The notes beneath the pieces were generated by a model, which saw nothing but the letters and a program-made list of their open reading frames with translations, was not told the origin of the DNA and ran no database searches. Position numbers and translations under genes: made by a program. From Marsupella aquatica (Eukaryota > Plantae > Marchantiophyta): 64,000 bases of DNA. Below, piece by piece: positions 27,701 to 38,818 of this stretch (positions are counted from its first letter, which is position 1; the number at the start of each line of letters is the position of its first letter). Location: positions 22,456,558 to 22,520,557 of the forward strand of contig OZ316895.1 in assembly GCA_973895155.1 (NCBI GenBank). The letters run 5' to 3'.

Positions 27701-27809
27701 CGACAAAGTGAGCCACGTCTCTACTGGAGGAGGTGCCAGTTTGGAACTTTTGGAAGGCAAGACCCTCCCAGGTGTTGCTGTGTTGGACGAGCCAGAAATT
27801 GTTGCATAA
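24707..27809 (+). CDS. PGK: Phosphoglycerate kinase, chloroplastic (~506 aa, 7 exons)
   Basis: Exons 24707-24811, 25059-25500, 26026-26114, 26300-26557, 26744-27032, 27229-27296, 27540-27809, all GT-AG and in phase. Motifs [60 protein letters not shown]. Ser/Ala-rich transit peptide. Confidence 0.97.
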
Positions 27810-29759
27810 GCATCTTCTCTGGATGGTTGTTGACGACAGCTGAATAAGTGCTGTAATTTGTAGGATTAGCTCCCTTCCCGAGGACCGGTACCCTTCACTT
27901 CCTCGTCCTGTCAAAGCAGGATGCCCATGAGCTCACAAAGTAAGGCTCTGTTTTTGGGGGTTGCCCCTGGCCTCTTTTTGTAAAGGGCTTTTCTAGCCAA
28001 AGTTGTGGAGGAGTCTCATAGTGAAGAGAATGACTGAGAGACGTCTATCACGATCATCAGAACTCGATTGGGTACTGGGTACCCTCTTTTCGGTTGAAGA
28101 TGTCCAAATGTACTTTACTACTTGGCTGTTTAAAACTTCAGTCAAGTTCTAACAGCTGCCAGTAATCACATAATTTTTCGAGGAAGCGCTTATTCAATCT
28201 TTTGTCAGAGCTAAGCGAGGTGTAGTTGGTAGAACAAAGTACTTTTTGTGTTGGACATCGTGGTCTGGACACTCGAGTGGCTTATGTTTGGTCTCTCTGG
28301 GAATGAGGTCAAGCGAAGGAGTTGCAACAGTCACTTACTTCCCTGCTAATGTTCCACTTGGGTCTACCTCCCCAACGTAACTCCCTCACCTGATGACTGA
28401 AATTTGACAGTGGTGGATCGTATCACTTCTAGACTCGTGCGTCATTCCTGCAGCAGAAAAGCTTTTAGTGGCAAATTAATCTGACTACTTGTGAGCTTGT
28501 TCTGTGAAGATTTGGTAATGGTGGCCTTGAGCATATACTTCGAGTGGAGTTGACTGTACTCCTAAGCTGAGAAGTCTTGCGTGAATGGACTCTCTTGGAA
28601 AGCAATACACTGGGGATCTGCTCAAAATGGCCTTTCAAGGCTGTTTGCCGCAAAACCAACCATATCAACTCTACAGTAGAGACCAGAATTAGTCCTACAG
28701 ACGGAGAGGTCAAAGTGAAAAACTCTAAAGCACAGAATAATTTGGGCCTGTATGCACCACCCGTGGCCCATATCCGAGGTCCATCCCCAGACGCCAGATT
28801 TCATCCCTTTCCACTTTAGAGAAAGCAAATGTTTGGGGAAATAGCCCTATCCAAAGAACCACCACCTTATTAGTCTAGAAAACTTACAGGATTCAGCCCC
28901 ATCCAAAATACCACCTGGAGAGATGGTACTTCTGGGGTTCAAGCCCATCTAACCTCTCTAACTTTAGACTTTAGAAAAGCAAACACAACCTTCTGAGGCC
29001 TTGGAAAGTACCTCAATAGAATGGGCCCAAGCCATACAAAGTGATCATCTTTCACTGTTGCCCTTTTGAATATATGGTCCAAATTAGATCTCCGACAAGT
29101 TTATGGGGTGGAGGTGTGGTCAAAGGTTATGAAAAGTGGCCCTTAGTCACACTAAACTAATGGCCAATTCTAGTGAGTCGCTAGGAAGAAAAAAGAACCT
29201 GGCATAATCCATGGGTGCTAGGTACCATTATGGTGAGTAGCCAGGAAAATCTGTGCTCTAAATTAGTATTACTCCTGCTCTCTGCTCTCTGAGAGTATTT
29301 GGCCCGGGAAGGAAACAAACCTGGTACAAATTATGGGTGCTAGATAGTGATTTCCCCTTACTCTATTCCTTTAATTCCATCCCTAGAGTCATCTCATAGA
29401 TTGGATGTTATTTCACTAGGACAGTATGGGAAGTTCCTATTTGATGTCAGACCAGCATAAACAAAATAGACTTAAGAACCAAAAAATTCAAGTAAGTGTT
29501 GATATAACATACCACGGGGGATAACAACATCAGATGGTGCACAGCAGTCACAAGAAAAGGTGCATCCCATTGGATTTCTTTTATAGACGGATGCAATCAG
29601 ATGTTGATAATTAACATTGGGAGTGAGCACTTTAAAGTGATGGTACTTTAAGCTAGTCACTTATTCTAGTTGAATCTTTGTAATGTTGTTTATGTGTTAC
29701 TGGGGTATGTAAGTATACTGAGATGCATCAAAATATTTTTAACCTAAACTGGAGTTGCC

Positions 29760-30230
29760 ACTGGACCTAGGCACTGGAGGGGTGGACAGCAATGACTTGT
29801 TGAAGCATTTTGAATGGACAACAAGCGAGTATATCAGCTGACCAGGCCACAAGGATCTGACTTTGTTAGTTTCAATCCGGGGTAGTTCTTGATCAGAAAG
29901 GGAGTGGAGTAAGCTATGGTTGAATTTGTGGACTTTGGATCTCTCTACCAAGGCTAAAACCTTTGTTTGGCATATCTTTGCACAGGGTCTATTCTCAGGA
30001 GCGAAAGCACTGAAGATTGGCAAGGGGACTGGGAAGCGCCAGCTTTGCCCCGGCCTACTTGAAACTATCCTGCATATTTTCTTTGAGTGTGTACACGCCA
30101 GACTTTGTTGGAGAATTTTTCCTGGCCATGCGTGGCAATGCTACCCTTGCTTGACTCGACAGTAGAGAACAACTGCACGAATATTGTAAAGGCCTTTATC
30201 CTCTTTCAAGTATTATGGTCTACTAGCTAG
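29760..30230 (+). mobile_element. Degenerate L1-type LINE ORF2 C-terminal fragment (zf-RVT)
   Basis: 'LWTLDLSTKAKTFVWHIFAQGL...LCPGLLETILHIFFECVHARLCWR' matches the plant L1 zf-RVT pattern (W..K.K.F.W...C..C...ET..H.F..C..A...W). Flanking frames are broken by stops. Confidence 0.8.
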
Positions 30231-30257
30231 CTCAAATACCTGTGCATTGCACAAAAA

Positions 30258-30380
30258 ATATTGTTAAGTAAAAGCTATTGTCGCATAAAAGATGTTGTCA
30301 TGGAAAAGATGATGTTGCATACAAGATGTCATCCCGCAAAAAAAATTGTTGTGTAAAAGACAGCTTTTACTTAACAATAT
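30258..30380. repeat. 19-bp perfect inverted repeat (MITE or fold-back relic) next to the LINE fragment
   Basis: ATATTGTTAAGTAAAAGCT (30258-30276) and AGCTTTTACTTAACAATAT (30362-30380). Confidence 0.75.
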
Positions 30381-32576
30381 CTGTTATGAAGCAATATCTT
30401 TGTTGCATACATATAATGATCACTTCACTAAGCAACGGGTTCCATGGGTGAAGCATCACTATGAACATTTTCTCAGGTCAAAGAAGGATATGGACAGGAG
30501 ATCGAACAACATAGATGCTATCCTTCCGTCTGCAGATCCATAATTCGATGGCAATGATGGGACAAGGAAATAGATCTTTGCTTGTAGATAATAAGTTTTT
30601 GCACGGAGAAGAAGTCCTGACATGCGGCTAACTGTTCACGTCTACCATATACTTGCCAGGGCAAGATTTTGGAAGCACCTGTTCATAACAATCAGGGATT
30701 GACCTTAATTTGGTTCTTCTTTGGTCATAATAACCCTGTTAAACTATACTTTGGTCATTTGCCAATCTCCATGACTCCTTATGGATTGCAATTAAAGGCA
30801 ACAAGCCCACAACCATTAGATTATATGTACAAATTGATTTATTATTTTCCTCATTTTGATTGATGTTTGTATGTTACAACAGTTTGGGCTTCTGAGTGAT
30901 TTTAATTAATAAGCACTGGAGCCCAAAGAACAAATGTTAATATTCTTTGATTCCAAGGAGGAGGTTGTGATAGACTTAAGCAAGGGGCTGGGAAGCAATC
31001 ACAAACAAGGTCAGTGGCCGGCTTAAACAAGTTTACCTTCCCCTACTTGGTTGAACTAACTCTACCCATTCCTCAAATCAAGGGAACTTAATATAGTTTT
31101 CCACTTGTTTGCTGAAGTCCTGAAATGAAAATGATGCTGAAAATCTCTATTGTTGTGTTGTCTGAGAGTGTAAAATCATTAGGGTCCACAGCATAAGTGG
31201 AACAAAATTAAGTCAAGAACTGAGCTATGACCTCAGATGGGAGCTCCACTCCAAACCTTTTGATCAGATAAGATTACTAGTTTGCAAGGAATCGATGAAA
31301 ATACACATTTTTACTAGGATGACATGGATATAGATTAAAATACTATGTACTCTCACACATGCAACATTTTTGGTCTGTTTGTAGAGCCATAAGCTTGGGT
31401 GCCTCCATCCAAACCTTTGAGCTCAGATGAAATCTCTATCCAACACTTTAATGCTGTCCCTTTTTCTCAATCGGATCTAAGGAAACCTTCCTAAATTTGC
31501 CCTAAATAAAAAAGACATGGACGATACAATGGCGGCCAAGCCAAGCTGTCAGGGACAGCAAAGTCAAGCTATCAATCCATGGGCCACAAGTAGACCACTG
31601 GTGACCATGTCTTGGGTGCCCATGGTTTCTTTTAGTTATTGGGCTGTGCTACAGTGTTGTATCTGTTTCCTTGGGGCCCCTTCTATTGCATGTTTTTTTG
31701 CCATCAGTTTTAGGGGTTGTGTCACTTTTATGGTGTAAACCAGGATTGTCACTCCTCAAATCCACGGATAATAAGTACAAACTCTACTTAAGGAAGTGAA
31801 ACAGTGTGGGAAAAGACATTATTTTTCTCCTCTGGTACTTTGGGTGGGAAAGTGATGCTCCCAGCAACTGAGCCGGTGAATCCCGCAAAGCCATGGACTG
31901 TGACACCTTTTACACCTTCACTCATCAACACCCTTCTCGTGTGCAATTTCAAGAGCAAGTTTGATTTCCATATCTCCCTTGCTATCCAATGTAATCAACT
32001 TTTCTTGGGCTCATGAGTAGCAGCTTGGAAAAGTCTTTACAACATATGAGCCTACTATTTCTATTTGTGGTGAAGAACTGAGAGTTACAAATATCTAAAG
32101 ATGATTCTTTCTGCACTTTGTGCTTCCAAAAGTTTGCGAGCAGCTTTGAAAGTCAGTATCTCCCTTGATATCCAATGGAATCTCTTTTCTCATATGTTCC
32201 CTAGAAAGTCTTGGAAAGATCTTTCCAATGAGCCAAATGTGGTTATATTTCACTGAGAATTAGGAGACTTTCAAATCTCCAAAACTCTCATGCCACATTT
32301 CACTTATCTGTGTAATATGTGCTACATGAGCAGAAAATAAGGTTTTGGGGAGGTCTATCCGGGTTGCAAAAATCTATCTGAGCATTTTTTGCAAACTTGG
32401 CAATCCATCTGGGAGTCAAGGTCCTTGAAAAGGAAAGAATAGGCCATGGGTGGGGCTACTGGGTACAACCATGCTTTCAATTGGGTAGGGGCACAAGTAG
32501 AGCCAAGGGAGGGGCCAAGCCAGGCTATTGGGCACAACCAAGCTGTCTATCAGGTAGGGCAACTAGTGGAGCCAAG

Positions 32577-33037
32577 CCCGGTTTCACTGTCGGACAAGAT
32601 GTCTACTTGTCGGACACAACAAACGACAACTAGTCCACTCAAAAGCGGCCTATTTGCCCAATATTCCCTTATATTCCCCAGCCGGGACCAAAAATTCCCA
32701 AACCATCCCCGGCCCGGTCCCAAACTCTCCCGAGCCCTCCTGGCCGGGTCCCAGACTTTCCCGAACCCTCCCGACCCGGTCCCGACCCGGTCCCGACCCC
32801 TTCCCAGCCTGGCTGCCTCTTCCCGGTCCGACTCGCTCTCTTCCGGCCTGGCTTGTTGCCCGCCTGCCCAACTCGTCCCAGCCCAGCTCTCGAAGGCAGC
32901 AGCCCCCCCGATCCCCCGGCCCAACCCGGCTCCACACCCTCCCGGCCTCACTGTGTCACCCGGCCGGGATCGACCGGGGCGACATATGTCATTTGACGCC
33001 CCAAATGGCCCTATTTGTCTGACAAGTCCAAACTGGG
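32577..33037. mobile_element. 461-bp non-autonomous TIR element with CCC termini and 8-bp TSD
   Basis: TSD GAGCCAAG at 32569-32576 and 33038-33045. TIRs CCCGGTTTCACTGTCGGACAA vs reverse-complement CCCAGTTTGGACTTGTCAGACAA. GC-rich interior with CCCGACCCGGT repeats. Confidence 0.88.
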
Positions 33038-33693
33038 GAGCCAAGGGAGAGGCCAGCAACAATGACAAAGTTTAGGGGAAGGAGAGGAGAGCCAAGGTGT
33101 CAGTTGGGTCAGGCCACTAGTATAGCCAAGAGAAGGGCCCATCAACTACGATATTCAGAGAAAGGAGAGGAGAGCCAAGCTGTCAATGGGGCGGTTCCTA
33201 GTAGAGCCAAGTGAGGGGGCTAACACAACATCACTTGGGTAGGGCTGTTAGTAGAGCCAAGGGAAAGGCCATGCCAGGCTATTGGGTACAACCAAGCTGT
33301 CAATCACGAGGGGCCACTATTGGAGCCAAGGGAGGGGCCAGCACAAATGACAAAGTTGAGAGGAAGGAGTGGAGAGCCAAGATTTCACTCGCGGAGGGCC
33401 ACTAGTATAGCCAAGGGAGGGGCCAAAGTGGAGAGCCAAGGTTTCACTCGAGTAGGGCCACTAGTACAGCCAAGGGAGGGGCCAAAGTGGAGAGCCAAGG
33501 TTTCACTTGACTAGGGCCACTATTATAGCCAAGGGAGGGGCCAAAGCAACTACAATATCAAGAGGAAGGAGAGGAAAGCCAAGCTATCAATCGGGTTGGG
33601 CCACTAGTATAGCCACAGGAGGGGCCAAAGCAACTACCACATTGAGAGGAAGGAGAGGAAAGCCAAGCTGTCAATTGGGTAGAGCCACTAGTA

Positions 33694-33858
33694 GGACGTC
33701 TCAAACTTCGCGTTGCTGCTTCCAGTTGCGGTCAGAGACGGAATCCCGGGTAAAAAGTGACAGGACACAAAAATCCGTGTCCGCACACTCCTGAATCATG
33801 ACCCAAACTGCTAGTTCCGGGCCTCTTATTTTTCCCCGCGACTCCAAGGATTGAGACC
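33694..33858. mobile_element. 165-bp MITE-like insertion, GG...CC ends, 8(-9)-bp TSD
   Basis: CACTAGTA at 33686-33693 and 33859-33866. Ends GGACGTCTCAA and TTGAGACC. It interrupts an array unit at its core. Confidence 0.75.
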
Positions 33859-35471
33859 CACTAGTATGGTCAAGGGAGGGGTCAGGGGCCAATGCAACTA
33901 GGACATTGAGAGGAAGGAGAGGAAGGTGTCAAATGGGTAGGGCCCACCAGTAGAGCCAAAGGGAGGGGCCAACACCCCGGGGCCAGCACAACGCGAGAGG
34001 GGCGGAGGACCAATCGAGCACGAGAATGATGTCCGAAGAGAGCGTCCGTTTCCTCGGTTGAGGAAGTCCGACATTTCGAGGCCCCGAACTTTTTGTTATT
34101 AGGAAGTTGAATCCCAGTGGATGGGCATCGTGTGGACTGCGGATGCCCTCGCCTTCTTCATCCTGACAAAAGCTTCTTCAATCCATGGTGGCTATGGCTT
34201 CTCCCCACCTTTTTGTCTCGACGAAATTCATGCTCCCTTCCAAAAGTAGAGCGGTACAGACTACAGATTTTTAGAGTCTAGAGCGGCAGTGGCTGATAAC
34301 TGGCTATGGCTTCCCTTGCATGCAAGCACGTCTGTCAATCCGCCATTCATTCATTCAGTCAGTCAGTCAGTCAGCGGGTCCTACATGAGCAGTCATCTTG
34401 TTTGATTAATTTATTAGTGTTTTTCTGGTGAAGACTTGAAGTTCTGCTCTGCTCTGCTCTGCTCCTGCGGAGAAGAATCATGATAACGGAGCAGAGGAGC
34501 AGGAGAAGCAGCAGCGGGGCCTAACAACAACAAGTGGCGAGATAATAATGAGAGGATTTGGAATGAGCGAATGTAGACCGCAAAACGGAATCCCGTTGTG
34601 TTGATTGGCGGTGAATGTAAAGGTCCAGGGATCATGAATTCCTCTCCCGCTTTCGTCCTCTCCTCTCTCCTCCTCTATCACTTGATTTCGTAGGATTGTC
34701 CCTGCCCTTGAAATCCTCCCTTCCTAGCTCTCAAGGCCTGCCTGTGCTCCTTCTCCTAATCCTCTGCCTCCTCCTTCGATCGATTTACCTCCGCTGCCCG
34801 CTTTGTTGAGAAGGTAGAAGAGGCGTGCGGCATGTGCAATTTCAGCAGGTCTCTCATTTCCATACGGGACTGGTGGATCATTCCGTGAGTGGCAGGCGGG
34901 ATTCAGCACTAGAGCGACGGAGGATCTCGAATCACTCGAGAAGACCAACGAGGCCGAGCGAGCCAGAGCGCTCGAGGGAGGGAAGGAGCCTTTCAGAACG
35001 AGAGACCATTTATCTACCATAGAGGAAGAGGAGGAAGGAAATACGGGTAGGTAATTAGCTCCCCAAGCATTCTACGCCCAGGGTTGCGCCAGCCAGGAAA
35101 TAAACCTCGAGATTTTGGAGGAGGGATAGAGAGAGATCTGTCTCGAGCTGCACTGCAACGAATGTGAAGTGCCGTGCTTCACGTCTGAAGGTTAATTGCT
35201 GACGAATGTGACGCAGCGCAGCTCGGAAAAAGGATTTGATTCTTGAGGAATTAGTGGCCCTGTTGCCCTGAGTGAGAGATTGATTGCCTTCCACTCCAAA
35301 CGCACCGGCTTTCGGTGTGAGGGCCCCGAAGCAATGAGAATCCTGTGAATGTGAATTATCTCCCGGCTTGTGAGGGTATATTAGAGAGGGGCTGGGAGGA
35401 GAAGGGTGGTAGGAAAGAAGTCGAGCGAAAGTGATCTTTCTCAACTAGAGTGGTGTGAGAAGCACATCGCC

Positions 35472-36497
35472 ATGGAAGGCATAGAAGGCGTGGAGGAGAG
35501 CTTGGAAGGAAATGCAGCAATGGAGGTGGCGAAAGACTTAGGCGCAGGGACGGTAGCCGGAGTGGCGCAGCTTCTCGTCGGGCACCCATTCGACACCATC
35601 AAAGTAAAACTGCAGAGCCAGCCAAAGCCTCCTCCCGGGCAACCGCCCCATTTTACCGGAGCCGTCGATGCTGTCAAGAAAACGGTCGCCTCCGAGGGGT
35701 TCAAGGGTTTGTACAAAGGGATGGGAGCTCCTCTCGCCACTGTGGCGGTCTTCAATGCCGTCCTCTTCACTTCGAGAGGTCTAATGGAGAAAGCCCTTCG
35801 AGAAAGTCCCGGGACTGCTCTCACAGTTGGGCAGCAAACACTCGCTGGCATGGGAGCCGGTGTGGCAGTCTCTTTTGTTGCCTGCCCTACCGAGCTTGTC
35901 AAATGCCGCTTGCAAGCGCAGAGTGCTCTCGCTGCAGCAACAGCAGGAGTTTCTGTGGAAGCATCTCCTGCTCTCGCTATGGCAGGATCTCGTGCAGCTG
36001 CAAATCCAGGAGCAGGGGGAGCAGCAACAGCCGCATCTGGGATGATCAAGTACACTGGCCCAATGGATGTGGCCAGACATGTGTTGAGATCAGAAGGTGG
36101 GGCTCTTGGGTTGTACAAGGGGATGGTGCCAACGATGCTGAGAGAGGTGCCAGGCAATGCTGCCCTGTTTGGGTCATATGAGGCAACGAAGCAGATCATT
36201 GCTGGAGGAAAGGACACTTCTTCTCTCGGAAGAGGATCTCTGTTGACTGCCGGAGGTGTTGCTGGAGCTGTGTTTTGGATGTCCGTGTACCCTGCCGATG
36301 TGATCAAGAGCGTCATTCAGGTGGATGACCACCGGAACCCCAAGTACAAGGGCACTGTGGATGCTTTCAAGAAGGTTTTTGCTTCTGAGGGAGTAAAGGG
36401 ATTGTACAGAGGTTTTGGCCCTGCCATGGCTCGGAGTGTGCCTGCCAATGCTGCCTGCTTCTTAGCTTACGAGATTGTGAAAGAAAAGCTCGGGTAA
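35472..36497 (+). CDS. BOU: Mitochondrial carrier, A BOUT DE SOUFFLE (BOU; carnitine/acylcarnitine-carrier-like), intronless CDS, ~341 aa
   Basis: Three carrier signatures PFDTIKVK, PTELVKCR, PADVIKS. Close match to plant BOU (GLYKGMGAPLATVA, REVPGNA, GFGPAMARSVPANAACFLAYE). Start is ATG 35472 or the next in-frame Met (MEVAKDL). Confidence 0.95.
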   Translation: MEGIEGVEESLEGNAAMEVAKDLGAGTVAGVAQLLVGHPFDTIKVKLQSQPKPPPGQPPHFTGAVDAVKKTVASEGFKGLYKGMGAPLATVAVFNAVLFTSRGLMEKALRESPGTALTVGQQTLAGMGAGVAVSFVACPTELVKCRLQAQSALAAATAGVSVEASPALAMAGSRAAANPGAGGAATAASGMIKYTGPMDVARHVLRSEGGALGLYKGMVPTMLREVPGNAALFGSYEATKQIIAGGKDTSSLGRGSLLTAGGVAGAVFWMSVYPADVIKSVIQVDDHRNPKYKGTVDAFKKVFASEGVKGLYRGFGPAMARSVPANAACFLAYEIVKEKLG

Positions 36498-38158
36498 TCA
36501 CAGTCATCCTCCTCGTTATAGTTGGGGTGGGCATCGTCAACTCGTTTCAGATAAAGGTTCTGGTCTAGATTCTCGCACTCAGGTCGTCCATGCAAAATTA
36601 ATGTCCTTGGGTTCACGATTGAGCTAGACAGGCAGAAATCTGCAATTACAATTGTTCAGGTAGCTCCTCGCCTCTTCCTCTAGCAGGTGATATCTCACAA
36701 TTTCCGAGGAGGTCTAGAATCTATTTTTCTTTCGATTGCTTTGTGTTTGCAGTAGGAACAGTACGTCTGCCCGAGTGTCCGTAAAATGGGGCCCTTTGTA
36801 GTTTTATCTGCAATTTTGTTTTCGACCTCCTGTATTTCCTCGGGAAAGGTCCATTGAAGTCTTGTACAATTAGGGGTTAAGTTTGAAAAAACTATGCCAT
36901 TGTCAGCTAGATCGACGTCGCTCTCTGCTTAATTTATCTTCTTGTCCGCTTTTCTGTAAAATAATTCTACAATCAATGCGGGCTTTCTATATCAACTGTA
37001 GCTCATGATCAACCTCTATTAAACCGAGTTGCCTCGTCTTGATACTCATAATGCCATATCTTGCAACAGCGTTTACGTCGAGCAAAGAACAAGCTCAAGT
37101 GCGAAGAAGTAAAGACTTATTGGAACCTCAACTTGTGGAAGTGATCTTCTACCGTGCTGGTGAATAAAATTGTGATCCTCTGGGAGAAGAATCCAAAGCC
37201 ATGCAGTCTTCAACATCCTCTCTAGAGCCAGGACCAGTGCCCGATTGACCTCGTACAACAATCATTTGGCTCTCAAGAAAAACCCCTTAACCCTGGACAC
37301 TCCAATCATGACGTGGACTGAATACAAATTTAAAAGGGCAATTGCTGATTAACTACGCACGTTGGATTGATAAGAGAGTAACCTGGTAGCCTTACGAGTG
37401 AAAGGGATCCATTACTTTTAAACAAGGGACAATGATAGAACGTGGAAATAAGGCAGCCATCTCACCAATTGGGTGATACGATGACAAAATGAAAATACCT
37501 TGCGGAAGGGAGTATCCACAGTTGCCTAAAACAGGATCACGAGCACATTTGGTTGTGGATTGGTGATTCTAATTCAAAGCAAAGAACCAAGATCGCGAGC
37601 ACATTTGAGCAAATTGGAATGCTACAAATGGCAATAGATCGAACCTTTATAATCCAGTAATCAAATGCAATTCCACGGAATGGAGTTTTATCAGAGCAAA
37701 CCATTCGACCCAAGTGGCAACTATTTAAGCCCAAAACGGCTAATTGTCGCACATCGAAAGTGGAAAAGTACCAAATGAAATTCTTAAAGTTCTCTGCACT
37801 CAAAGGATAATAAACTTGTGAGTCTGATACGAAGTATCCATTTCTGTAGCTCCCCTTCCAGTGCCATCATGCACTTAAAGGATGATAAACTTGTGCAATC
37901 TTTGATGCTGACGAAGTGTCCGATTCTATAGGTCCCCTTCCAGTGCCATCATCCGCCTTCGGCCCGTCTATCAAAAGAAACTCACGACGCGTATGGAAGG
38001 GGAAACTAATCTCGACCTCAGACAAGTAGGCCAATCGGGGACCAGTCCTACTAATGAGGATCAAAACAACTGAGTTACTCTAAACCTAATCCGGCACTCC
38101 ACATTGAAGCAATGATTTCTTGTAAATGGAGAGTGACAGTCTTAACCGCTGGTATATG

Positions 38159-38292
38159 GGTCTCCACAACCTTTCTCGTGATCGTGGCAATCAAGCTTAA
38201 CCCGAACCCAGCTCAGAATCCCACTAGTACATAGGTCTCCACAACCTTTCTCGTGACCATGGGAAGCAAGTCTAACCCACACCTAGCCCAGA
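38159..38292. repeat. Imperfect tandem duplication (~75-bp period) downstream of the UBP gene
   Basis: GGTCTCCACAACCTTTCTCGTGA at 38159 and 38234, each followed by a similar AAC-CC-AGC-CAGA segment. Confidence 0.75.
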
Positions 38293-38818
38293 CTCCAGTG
38301 ACAATTGTGATACTGAGACTTAAGACTCTGGAAATCACACGCACATGCACGAGATAATTCAGTACATCGAGGAAAGCATAGGGAGAGGTACATAGGTACA
38401 CGAAGCTGTGAATTGTAAGAAGACCTGAAGACAGCTGCTCAGACTGTCTCTTCCATTGGCAAACTCAGGAAACTGAAAGCACAAATCACTTGTGTTTATT
38501 CCAGTACAAGGAATCCTCCACAGATCTACTGTGAAAGGTCGAATTTCTCTTTCATGACCGATGTAGCTACAAATCTCGTTACAAGGATTTGCAATTCCTA
38601 ATGTTTAGAGCTGTGATGACCTGTTTGCACTAAGTTGCAAGTTAAACCATCACAAATAAGTTTCCATACTGCACACTACAGAAGAATTCGACAGTATCCT
38701 CTATTAAACTGGTTGGGGATTTCAATTAGAAATGGCAGGTGTTGAATAAGGTTGATGAATGGTGCAAAATTGCAATAAAACACACATTTCCAGCTGTGTA
38801 CAGTTTTGACTATACGGG

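Larger units (their letters stand above)
32430..33990. repeat. Degenerate tandem array (core GGGCCACTAGTA(G/T)AGCCAAGGGAGGGGCC, units ~50-90 bp) interrupted by two insertions
   Basis: More than ten divergent copies of the core with variable linkers (GAGAGGAAGGAGAGGAAAGCCAAGCTGTCAA). A related isolated unit lies at ~31530-31600. Confidence 0.85.

Noticed and set aside
32446-33075. Overlapping 88-209-aa Pro/Gly/Arg-rich ORFs
   Set aside because: They arise from the GC-rich interior of the 461-bp element and cross its boundaries.
32430-33990. CRISPR-like array
   Set aside because: Repeats are degenerate, linkers resemble each other, there are no cas genes, and the context is eukaryotic.
35441-36316. 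291-aa minus-strand ORF
   Set aside because: Antisense shadow of the BOU CDS.
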